IMG/VR virus record: IMGVR_UViG_3300011444_000011
Coordinates: 30,424-94,423 of that record
Strand: one strand, 5' to 3'
DNA length: 64,000 bases
Source of the DNA: a virus
Taxonomy: Duplodnaviria > Caudoviricetes
In this document: positions 27,722 through 35,492 of the stretch, one piece after another
Layout: the number at the start of each line of letters is the position of its first letter
Numbering within the stretch: the first letter of the stretch is position 1
Translations under genes and position numbers: made by a program
Notes under the pieces: generated by a model
Databases searched by the model: none
The model's input: the letters and a program-made list of their open reading frames with translations, nothing else
What the model was told of the DNA's origin: nothing

Positions 27722-27964
27722 ATGACACGCAATCAATGCAATGTGTACCTTGCCGGAATCCTGACGACATTGGCCGATATGGGCGCGAATGTTCCCAAGT
27801 CGCCGATATACCTTGCAATGGGAATGAACATCGACGATTATCTAACGATTGAACGGGTTATGACGGGTGCAGAGCTTGTGACGGCCACGACGGAAACGCT
27901 AACTTTGACGGATAAAGGGATGGACATGGTCAGGAAGATCAGAGCGGTTATACCGGGTGTATGA
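27722..27964 (+). CDS. winged-helix-like hypothetical protein
   Basis: ELVTATTETLTLTDKG pattern; follows conserved leader. Confidence 0.6.
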   Translation: MTRNQCNVYLAGILTTLADMGANVPKSPIYLAMGMNIDDYLTIERVMTGAELVTATTETLTLTDKGMDMVRKIRAVIPGV

Positions 27965-28048
27965 CCTGGGCCGACTTTAACGGTCGAAGCGGTGGAACCG
28001 CTTCTTCCGTTAGTGCCGATTCTGATACCAATATCAAAGGAACCGATT

Positions 28049-28237
28049 ATGTGGAAACACGGGGATAGAGCGAATGCACTGGTTACGCTGGCCTTCCGCC
28101 CTGTGCCGGTTGTGATGGAAGTGACGGTTCAATCGGTTGATACTGAAATGCAGAAAGTGCTGGTTGCAACGGATAATGGGATTTGGCAGTGGTTGCCGAA
28201 TACGCTGGTTACTCCGGTTGAAAGGGTCGTGTCGTAA
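28049..28237 (+). CDS. small beta-barrel-like hypothetical protein
   Basis: AAGGA SD; WKHGDRA..VTVQSVD..VLVA. Confidence 0.55.
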   Translation: MWKHGDRANALVTLAFRPVPVVMEVTVQSVDTEMQKVLVATDNGIWQWLPNTLVTPVERVVS

Positions 28238-28419
28238 TGGACGTTAATACCGCAATTTCCGAAATGAACGATTGTGTCGATCGTAAGGATTACGACGAAG
28301 CTGCCGAATTTGCTCGTAATATCAAACGATGGGTTTGTATGGGTGGATTCGTTCCTGCCGGTTATTCCAAGAAGTCGCTGCGTGCCGAATGTAACAAAGT
28401 CATCGACCTTGCCGGTTAG
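28237..28419 (+). CDS. hypothetical early protein
   Basis: TAATG coupling; WVCMGGFVP. Confidence 0.6.
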   Translation: MDVNTAISEMNDCVDRKDYDEAAEFARNIKRWVCMGGFVPAGYSKKSLRAECNKVIDLAG

Positions 28420-28440
28420 GCCGGCTAGAGGGATTGTATC

Positions 28441-28608
28441 ATGGGTGTCAGACATTACGCAAAGGGGCTTTCTGACGGTCTTAACGGTCGTGCCTATTAT
28501 GCACATCGCAACGGTCGTCGCTACGATTCCGAAAACGCCCGCCGATCGTATGATAACGGTCGCAACGAAGGCGCACGGTTGGCGCGGCTGGAACGGGAGA
28601 AACGATAA
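28441..28608 (+). CDS. small basic protein (55 aa, not in ORF track)
   Basis: MGVRHYAKGLSDGLNGRAYY..RRSYDNGRNEG..*, TAATG-coupled to next gene. Confidence 0.55.
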   Translation: MGVRHYAKGLSDGLNGRAYYAHRNGRRYDSENARRSYDNGRNEGARLARLEREKR

Positions 28609-28793
28609 TGCTGACTGTTCGGCTTGAAACGCTTCTGCCGGTTAAGCTGGCAAATCCGATTGTAGTGAATGTGCCTGAAAATGACTGGCTGTTGCTTTGT
28701 GCCGTTGGTATCGGATATTACGACGATAACGATAAGGCTCGTTGTATCGACATTGTCAGTTATGCACAATCTAAGGCCGTTTGCGGGATTTGA
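28608..28793 (+). CDS. hypothetical early protein
   Basis: TAATG coupling. Confidence 0.5.
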   Translation: MLTVRLETLLPVKLANPIVVNVPENDWLLLCAVGIGYYDDNDKARCIDIVSYAQSKAVCGI

Positions 28794-28794
28794 T

Positions 28795-28868
28795 CGGATT
28801 TTGTTTGACTTGTCCCGTTTGCGTTGTATGATTGATTGTCAGCCGAAACAATCAACAGGGAGCTATCG
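28795..28868 (+). promoter_or_regulatory. repeated early promoter and leader
   Basis: TTGACT(28805)-16-TATGAT(28827); same hairpin and CAATCAACAGGGAGCTATC. Confidence 0.8.
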
Positions 28869-28870
28869 CC

Positions 28871-29164
28871 ATGAATACCGTTAAAATCGACCGTAACATT
28901 CGCAACGCCGTTGCCGGTTGTAGCAGTGGTCCCATTTATTACGGTGGTAAGGGTCTTGCGTGGCACGCCGTTAATAACGTCTTGAACGGTTTTAACCTAC
29001 AGTTGGAACCTGCCGATTGTAGCGGCGATGAGGGTCATACGCTTCTTGAGGTTTGTCCTCAAAGTGAGGATGGTATCAATCTTGACGATTCTGTCGGTTG
29101 TGTCAGTTTTTCCTGGTATCGGATGCCTAGCGGTCGTTACGAATTGACCGTCTATATGCCCTAA
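28871..29164 (+). CDS. hypothetical early protein
   Basis: follows leader; FSWYRMPSGRYELTVY. Confidence 0.7.
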   Translation: MNTVKIDRNIRNAVAGCSSGPIYYGGKGLAWHAVNNVLNGFNLQLEPADCSGDEGHTLLEVCPQSEDGINLDDSVGCVSFSWYRMPSGRYELTVYMP

Positions 29165-29212
29165 GACGGTCGTGCGGGTTGTAACGGCGTCAAATAAATC
29201 CCGAAAACTTTT

Positions 29213-29292
29213 CGGAATTTATTTGACTTTGTTTCCCTGCGCTGTATATTTGAGTGTAACAAATGACACGCAACAATCAACAGGGAGCTATC
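29213..29292 (+). promoter_or_regulatory. repeated early promoter and leader
   Basis: TTGACT(29223)-16-TATATT(29245); CAATCAACAGGGAGCTATC. Confidence 0.75.
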
Positions 29293-29538
29293 ATGGAATA
29301 CGGCATTCTTTATCTGGTCGCTGCCGCATTTAGTTTCTATACCCTCTTGACGAACAACGTGCGATAATGTCGAAAACACCGATTAACACGAAAGAGACGT
29401 TTGAACTGTCTGTAGCGGAAATAACGGCCCTGCTGGCTGAACCGTTTAAGACGGTTGAACTCAATGTGACGGAAATGCTGGATATGCTGGTCGCCCTGAC
29501 CGCGTCCGATTCTGACGAATAATCCTGAAAGGCCGATC

Positions 29539-29739
29539 ATGCCGATCATAGCGAAAGTGACGTTGAGGAAGCGTCGTAACGATTGTGGCGAATATGTCGT
29601 TCGTGCCTTTGATGCCAGTGGCAAGCGATTGCCCGAATGTTACTATTATACCGACAATTGGGATGATGCCGTTGAAACGGCCCGTGCCATGAATAACGTC
29701 ATTAACGCCAATGTCGAATTGCCCGATTACGCCATATAG
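29539..29739 (+). CDS. hypothetical early protein
   Basis: GEYVVRAF..YYTDNWDDAVETA. Confidence 0.65.
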   Translation: MPIIAKVTLRKRRNDCGEYVVRAFDASGKRLPECYYYTDNWDDAVETARAMNNVINANVELPDYAI

Positions 29740-29760
29740 TCCACTTGTGAGGATTGTTCT

Positions 29761-30135
29761 GTGCTTACGCTTAATGAGCTAATTGATACTGGTATCGAAT
29801 TCTCTAACCTTGACACCTGTAGCGATAAGGGCAAGTATGAGGGTTGTCCTACCTTTGCCGTTGCTGCTGCATTGTCCAACGGTGAGGATGATATCGTCTG
29901 TTCCGCTCGTGTCTTCTATATCGAACGTGCCGACATTGACGAGTATCCCGATCTTGCCGATTGTGCAGTCTTGCTCGTTTGGGACGGTGATGACGGTAGT
30001 GCTCGCTGGTTGACCTTTGATACTCGTATCGGATATGATGCCTGGGTGGCCAGTACCGATAATGATGAGTGTGATGCCTGTGATGATGGTGCTGCCAGTG
30101 ATGACAATACCGATAATATGGGATATCCTGAATAG
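29761..30135 (+). CDS. acidic hypothetical protein
   Basis: GAGGA SD; GKYEG motif; D-rich tail. Confidence 0.6.
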   Translation: MLTLNELIDTGIEFSNLDTCSDKGKYEGCPTFAVAAALSNGEDDIVCSARVFYIERADIDEYPDLADCAVLLVWDGDDGSARWLTFDTRIGYDAWVASTDNDECDACDDGAASDDNTDNMGYPE

Positions 30136-30246
30136 TAGTTTTATCCTGCATTTGCCGAATGGCTTAGGGATGCCATTTTTGAGGATATAGTAGTTTACAA
30201 ATCCTGTAACGGATGCAACACTCAAGATACCTGTACCGATTGCACT

Positions 30247-30549
30247 ATGAACACCGATAATTCTGACAATTCCACCAATGATGCCAGTATCATCTATACC
30301 AAAGGTGTCGGATGCAACACTCAAGACACCTGTACTGTCTGTACCAATGATACCAGTAGTGCTGGTTGCATGAATCCTGCATCCGATATCAGTTGTACCG
30401 ATTGCATGGATCGGGCATCCGGTATCAGTTGTACCAGTTGTACTATTAATATCAATTGTAACGATGCTATCATCTGTGCTACTTGTATCGGTTCTCCAGA
30501 TTATGCGGATCGTAGTACCTGGGTGGGTCAAATCGGTCGTGCAAAGTGA
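30247..30549 (+). CDS. Cys/Thr/Asp-rich repetitive ORF (may be degenerate)
   Basis: repeated CxxC; 27-bp direct repeat 30210-30236 / 30309-30335. Confidence 0.35.
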   Translation: MNTDNSDNSTNDASIIYTKGVGCNTQDTCTVCTNDTSSAGCMNPASDISCTDCMDRASGISCTSCTININCNDAIICATCIGSPDYADRSTWVGQIGRAK

Positions 30550-30639
30550 AAGGATTTTCCTGTTAGTGCTGGTGCTCCATAGACTGAGAAATATCCAAAA
30601 TTATCAAAGTGACATTTGGAGGCCCGATCCGTGGAAGCT

Positions 30640-30895
30640 AAGATACTGATATCAATATCGCTGACACTTTGATACTGATATCAACTCGCACTTTTGATAT
30701 TGATATCAAACCAGGGTGGGGTTAAATTGATATTAGCATCTGGCATCCGCTGACACTATTGTGACAAAATAATCTTTCGCCGAATTCCAGAATTTTGGGA
30801 CTATTCTCTGTGCAGACGGTGCTCAACACTACCATTCGGAACCTAACGATGCTGACGGTTTTTGTCATAAAAGTGTCAGCGGATGTTAATATCAA
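30640..30895. repeat. cluster of TGATA-N4-TATCA palindromes plus 26-bp inverted pair (30744-30769 / 30860-30885)
   Basis: palindromes at 30640, 30669, 30694, 30727, 30880; CATCCGCTGACACTATTGTGACAAAA 24 of 26 identical to its inverted partner. Confidence 0.85.
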
Positions 30896-30916
30896 TCAGA
30901 GTTCTGGGGATGCGAC

Positions 30917-31558
30917 ATGGAAAATACATGGGAACGGGTCAAAGAGCCCGACGATCCACGTCGCTGCCAAGCGGTCGTAGCACACGGGCAGTGTCTGAAC
31001 GTGAGTTGCGAGAATTCTGAATACTGTTTGGCCCACGGCGGGCGTCATGGTGCGACGAAGGCCAAAGCCGAAGCCAATCGAATGTACAGTCTTGGCAAAT
31101 GGCGTCAGGCCGTAAGCAAGTTCCAAGACCACGACCAGTTAAAGTCATTGCGGGAAGAAATCGGCTTATTGAGAGTCATGATCGACGAACGCATGAATCT
31201 GTGCAACGATGCACAAGAACTCATGATGTACTCCGGCCCGTTGTCGGATATGATTATGAAGGTCGAGAAGCTGGTCACTTCCTGCAATAAGATCGAGACC
31301 CACCTTGCCGGTGTGCTCGATAAGACACAAGCTCTGCAACTGGGACAAGAGATGGTCGAGATTATCGGCCGGCATCTTGATACCGTTGCGGACAAAGATT
31401 TGTTGATTTCCAAAATCAGTTCTGCAATTGAGGACAACCCGGATGTGCTCGACGCGATCGCCGATGCACTAGCGGACTGCAAGAGCAAAGAAGACGTGTT
31501 GGAGGGAATCTCAAATGATATCATTGCAACGGTGGAAAGACTTGGCAAAACCGGGTAG
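30917..31558 (+). CDS. putative terminase small subunit
   Basis: RCQA..C..CLAHGG Zn motif, MYS, LKSLREEIGLLR; first gene of morphogenesis block. Confidence 0.6.
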   Translation: MENTWERVKEPDDPRRCQAVVAHGQCLNVSCENSEYCLAHGGRHGATKAKAEANRMYSLGKWRQAVSKFQDHDQLKSLREEIGLLRVMIDERMNLCNDAQELMMYSGPLSDMIMKVEKLVTSCNKIETHLAGVLDKTQALQLGQEMVEIIGRHLDTVADKDLLISKISSAIEDNPDVLDAIADALADCKSKEDVLEGISNDIIATVERLGKTG

Positions 31559-32105
31559 CATCGTGGGGTTCAGCGGAGCAGACCTGCCTTCCGATATCAT
31601 CAACGTGATGACGGGAGCGTGGCCTCGGTGGGGTCTGAGTCATGTCGGCATGTTGGCCGAGCGTGACAATGACCTGCTTCTGTTTGAATCGACCACCTTC
31701 AACCATAACCCTTGTGTCATCCAGAAGAAGATGTTCTCTGGTACGCAAGCCCAGCACCCGCTGGATAAGATTCAAACCTACAATGGCCGTGTCTGGATTT
31801 ATCAGCCACGGATCAATCTGCGGGAGTGGGAGAAAAGGAATCTCTCACACTACCTGATGAACACCATCGGGATCAAGTACGATATGATCGGAGCATTACG
31901 GTCGGGTGGTCACTTGTTCAACTGGATGGAGTCCAAGTTGCACGGTGAGAACCTGGCTCGCATCTTCTGTTCGGAGTGGTGTGTCGCAGCGTACAACAGT
32001 ATTGAACGCTTCGATACCGACGACGACAGCCGATGGAACCCAAACAAGTTCATTCGGGAGTGCAAGGTCAGGGCCATTCATCTCAAGCCGGTGAGGGTCA
32101 AATGA
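31515..32105 (+). CDS. permuted papain-like (YiiX/YebB NlpC/P60) amidase/peptidase
   Basis: PGSIVGF, SHVGM (His), IGIKYD, FCSEWC (Cys). Confidence 0.8.
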   Translation: MISLQRWKDLAKPGSIVGFSGADLPSDIINVMTGAWPRWGLSHVGMLAERDNDLLLFESTTFNHNPCVIQKKMFSGTQAQHPLDKIQTYNGRVWIYQPRINLREWEKRNLSHYLMNTIGIKYDMIGALRSGGHLFNWMESKLHGENLARIFCSEWCVAAYNSIERFDTDDDSRWNPNKFIRECKVRAIHLKPVRVK

Positions 32106-32635
32106 GACTTTTGTTCTTAACTTTGATATTGGTATCAACGACTCTGGTTTCCGCTGGTGAACCACGAATCGTCCTGCCGCCGAACATCCGACAGAACAAC
32201 TGGGTTGGTAGCGAAGGCGAAGGGTCATGTGTCCATGCGACCATGACAATGCTTCTTCGATACCAACGCCAGTACCGGCTTGCGGACTACTGGCGGGCCA
32301 ATTACCAGAACGGTGAGACGTTTCCCGGCTTGACGACGAAGTTGGAAAAACACGGAGTCAAGTGGGCTGGAACTTACAACGAGAATAATGTCAAGTTCCT
32401 TGAGTGGGCCATGCGTACCCGTCGCGGGTGCATGGTCACAACGCAAGGCGGCGTCCACATGATTTTGCTCGTCCATCTCGACAGTAGAGTGGCCGGGATA
32501 ATTGACAACAATGATCCAGACAAAGTAATCTGGAAAACAAGAACGCAGTTCCTTGACGAGTGGTATGCCTCCAATAGCTGGGCACTTACGCCTGTCTACA
32601 CACCACCGCCACCTTCTCTGAGGAGAGCGAAATGA
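32102..32635 (+). CDS. secreted C39-like cysteine peptidase
   Basis: signal peptide; GSCVHAT, HMILLV, IIDNN catalytic-triad pattern. Confidence 0.7.
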   Translation: MRLLFLTLILVSTTLVSAGEPRIVLPPNIRQNNWVGSEGEGSCVHATMTMLLRYQRQYRLADYWRANYQNGETFPGLTTKLEKHGVKWAGTYNENNVKFLEWAMRTRRGCMVTTQGGVHMILLVHLDSRVAGIIDNNDPDKVIWKTRTQFLDEWYASNSWALTPVYTPPPPSLRRAK

Positions 32636-33303
32636 ACAAGGCAATGATCTATGGAGTGTTGATGTTTTGTGTCGGGCTTTCGGCCGGGACGTACCACGAG
32701 TATCTGGAACTGAACCAGAAGTTCAACGACATGCCCGTCGTCGAAGCATCGGTTGAGCAGAGGATCGTCAACCTGCCTGAAGACGGAAAGCTGTACTACA
32801 CGTCTCTTTTTCTGCCGGCCAATTGGCAAGCTGATCCCAAGTCGAGAGTACTGCGGGCGTGGTTTGATACCAACGTCACTCTCTCCAGCTTGCGTAGTCA
32901 GACTCACTTCAACGTGGTCACGACTGCTGATGCCCAGTGGAAAACGAAGTATGCACCGACGGTCGGACAAGTACCTTGCTTGGCACTCACTGATGCAGCC
33001 GGCGATGTGGTCTTCAAAGCGTGCTCTGGTAACATCCCGAACGATGCAAAGGTGCTGGCTTCCGCCGTTTCGACTGCTGTCAGTCGTCGATGCCCGAATC
33101 GTCGATGCCCGACGCCCGAGCCGGTTAAGCCCGAACCGGAGCCTGTCCAGCCGGATACGGCACCTATCCTTGATACGAAAGTTCCTGATCTCACCCCGCC
33201 TGCGGAAGAGTTTCCTCTGTGGCTCGGCCTAGTTCTGGGACTCGTCGGCATCGGTGGTGCTGTGCTGCCTGATGTCGTGAAGAAGTACAAGGCCGTGGGC
33301 TGA
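32632..33303 (+). CDS. membrane-anchored protein, possible redox-inactive thioredoxin-like fold
   Basis: N-terminal hydrophobic segment, VPCLALTD, Pro-rich linker, C-terminal TM. Confidence 0.6.
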   Translation: MNKAMIYGVLMFCVGLSAGTYHEYLELNQKFNDMPVVEASVEQRIVNLPEDGKLYYTSLFLPANWQADPKSRVLRAWFDTNVTLSSLRSQTHFNVVTTADAQWKTKYAPTVGQVPCLALTDAAGDVVFKACSGNIPNDAKVLASAVSTAVSRRCPNRRCPTPEPVKPEPEPVQPDTAPILDTKVPDLTPPAEEFPLWLGLVLGLVGIGGAVLPDVVKKYKAVG

Positions 33304-33402
33304 CATTTGATATTGATATCAACTGGAACGCCGGTGGTTCTTGACCGGGTGTAAATGGCTGTGAAACGCCTGCCAGTTTCCTTCTAACTTCGAGGAGTTA
33401 CA

Positions 33403-33897
33403 ATGAAAGAGTTTCTTGCAAACCCCATCGTGCATGGGGTGATCGTCTTGGGTCTGGCGTATCTGGTTTCCAAGCTGTTGTTCAAAGCGGACAAACGGAT
33501 CGAAGGTCGTCGGCGTAAAGCCATTGACCTGTCCGCCGCTTTGAAAGCGAACGGCATGTCCTGGGTTCCCGACCTGCTGATCGACTACGCGGTCGGCGAC
33601 TACGAGTCTGTGGGTATCAAGCTCGGCCATGCCGCAGTTGATATCGCAAAAGACCCGACGCTGAAAGCAGAGTTCGATACTGTGTTCAGTAAGCTCCTGG
33701 CATCCAAGTTCCAAGACCCGGACGCCAAAGCGGAGTTGGAGAAGATGCTCGAAAATCTTGGGCACACGATCGCACCGATCCCGCCCGAGCCTTCGACGCC
33801 TGATCTGCTCGATCAAATCAACACGGCTGTTCAGAACGCCGTTGCCAAAGCGGTGGCTGCGAAGCTGCCCGCTGCTGACCCGGCTGCGAAAGTCTGA
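33403..33897 (+). CDS. membrane-anchored hypothetical protein
   Basis: GAGGAG SD; N-terminal TM. Confidence 0.7.
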   Translation: MKEFLANPIVHGVIVLGLAYLVSKLLFKADKRIEGRRRKAIDLSAALKANGMSWVPDLLIDYAVGDYESVGIKLGHAAVDIAKDPTLKAEFDTVFSKLLASKFQDPDAKAELEKMLENLGHTIAPIPPEPSTPDLLDQINTAVQNAVAKAVAAKLPAADPAAKV

Positions 33898-34256
33898 TGT
33901 TGAAATCAATTGTGGCCCTTGTCGTGCTGGCGGTTTGCAGTAATGTGCAAGCCGCCAGCCGAACACTCTATGCCTTCCAAGCCAAAGAGTGTGGCGCGTG
34001 CAAGGAAATGGAGCCAGTGCTCAAGAAACTGGAACGCAAGGGCTACAATGTGGTCCGCATAGATGTTGAGACAACCAAGGGCCGTGCCTTGGCGAAACGC
34101 TACAAGGTTACTCATGTCCCGACTTTCATCACGGTGGACAAGCAGGGCAGAGAACAAGGGAGAGAGGTTGGAGTGGTCAGTGAGGGCGTATTGATTGCTC
34201 TGCTGAAGATCGCTAAGTTCATAGTGATCGGCCTCTTCCGACTCTTCATCATGTGA
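33897..34256 (+). CDS. secreted/membrane thioredoxin-family protein
   Basis: signal peptide; CGAC; HVPTF cis-Pro loop; C-terminal hydrophobic helix. Confidence 0.85.
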   Translation: MLKSIVALVVLAVCSNVQAASRTLYAFQAKECGACKEMEPVLKKLERKGYNVVRIDVETTKGRALAKRYKVTHVPTFITVDKQGREQGREVGVVSEGVLIALLKIAKFIVIGLFRLFIM

Positions 34257-34259
34257 CCT

Positions 34260-34433
34260 ATGGCAAAGAAGAACTTCATCGCCGGAGCGATCAAACGCCC
34301 CGGTGCTCTCACCGCAAAGGCCAAGGCTGCTGGCAAGTCGATTGCCGAGCTTTGTGCCTCACCTGGAATTACGCCGCAGACGAAGAAGCAGTGTGCATTT
34401 GCGAAGCTGCTTAACAAGCTGCGGCCCAATTGA
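34260..34433 (+). CDS. small basic protein (57 aa, not in ORF track)
   Basis: MAKKNFIAGAIKRPGALTAKAKAAG..LRPN*. Confidence 0.65.
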   Translation: MAKKNFIAGAIKRPGALTAKAKAAGKSIAELCASPGITPQTKKQCAFAKLLNKLRPN

Positions 34434-34523
34434 GTCACTACCGTCTACTCGCAACGCGAGTGGCCTCGGAGGGCCGCGGTTGGGTGTTGTAGCCCAGCCG
34501 CGGTTTGGAACAAGGAAACTGAT

Positions 34524-34718
34524 ATGGATAACGCGACGGAAAACGATGCGAACCACCCGATGAACGAACGACAGGCAGAGATACTTCCGAACTACGGCGA
34601 AACCGGCCAGACGTTCGTGCAAGCTCCGCCATACTTCGTCGGGCAGGCGACACCTGCACCAAAGTGGGATACGGTACTCGGCAGCGATAAGCCGATGGCA
34701 CCGCCACGGGGAGGTTGA
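34524..34718 (+). CDS. hypothetical protein
   Basis: AAGGA SD. Confidence 0.55.
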   Translation: MDNATENDANHPMNERQAEILPNYGETGQTFVQAPPYFVGQATPAPKWDTVLGSDKPMAPPRGG

Positions 34719-34719
34719 T

Positions 34720-34866
34720 ATGGCTGCTAAGAGTCCGAAGTGTCCACTTGATCGTAGAATCAAACCAATCGGCAAGGCTTCAACGAAACCGCCGAAACGG
34801 GATATGTCTCCGATCTGTACCGCCTTTCACGACCGTCACAACGGTTCAGGCAAGGGAGTAACGTAA
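34720..34866 (+). CDS. small basic protein (48 aa, not in ORF track)
   Basis: GGAGG SD; MAAKSPKCPLDRRIK..GKGVT*. Confidence 0.55.
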   Translation: MAAKSPKCPLDRRIKPIGKASTKPPKRDMSPICTAFHDRHNGSGKGVT

Positions 34867-35024
34867 TGGCCAGTCGTCCGAAGAGTCTCGTGCCTGCATC
34901 CAGTAATGGCGGCGGGCGTGGTGGTGTCAAGCCTGTCGGTGGCCGCGGTGGCCGAAAGCAGGCAATGCCCAAAGGTGGGAAGCGAGTCAGTGCGAAACGC
35001 ATGGGTCGCCCGATGGGTTACTAA
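34866..35024 (+). CDS. small RGG-rich basic protein (52 aa, not in ORF track)
   Basis: TAATG coupling; GGGRGGVKPVGGRGGRK..MGY*. Confidence 0.6.
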   Translation: MASRPKSLVPASSNGGGRGGVKPVGGRGGRKQAMPKGGKRVSAKRMGRPMGY

Positions 35025-35078
35025 GTTGATATCCGAAATCAAACGGCTGCACTTGCGGCCGTTTGTTCCCGTGTATCA
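35025..35078 (+). promoter_or_regulatory. conserved hairpin module, copy 1 (candidate late promoter)
   Basis: GTTGATATCCGAAATC + 10-bp stem/4-nt loop + GTTCCCGTGTATCA. Confidence 0.6.
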
Positions 35079-35093
35079 TAACAGGAGAACAAC

Positions 35094-35492
35094 ATGAGTG
35101 TAATGCTCGCGGTCAAACATTACTGTTACCATGCTCCGGTCATGGCTGTCGCCAACGCCTGTCACTCGATGGGCTTGACGAAGCGGTCATCGAAGTGGCC
35201 GACAGCCCGGAAGAATCACTTGAAGATTCAGCCGGCGTGTGCGGCCTGCGGCAGTACCTACTGCGTGCAGGTGCATCACAAAGAGCCGTTCCATCTTCAC
35301 CCTGAACTGGAACTGATGGAGTCGAACTTCATCACGCTTTGCGAGTGTAGCCCAGGCGACCATCACCTGAATCTGGGCCACCTTGGAAATTGGAAGAGCT
35401 TCAACCCACACGTTGAAGCGGATGCCGCTCTATTCCTGAAACGAGTTACCGATCATGGGGTTCAACAGCCAACTACAGGCCAATCTGCGTAA
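35094..35492 (+). CDS. HNH endonuclease (packaging-associated)
   Basis: CAACG, VHHKEP, NFITLC, HH..GH; directly upstream of TerL. Confidence 0.85.
   Translation: MSVMLAVKHYCYHAPVMAVANACHSMGLTKRSSKWPTARKNHLKIQPACAACGSTYCVQVHHKEPFHLHPELELMESNFITLCECSPGDHHLNLGHLGNWKSFNPHVEADAALFLKRVTDHGVQQPTTGQSA

Noticed and set aside
35094-35492. HNH as a mobile homing endonuclease or intron
   Set aside because: Small stand-alone HNH adjacent to TerL is the usual packaging cofactor arrangement, and no gene is interrupted.
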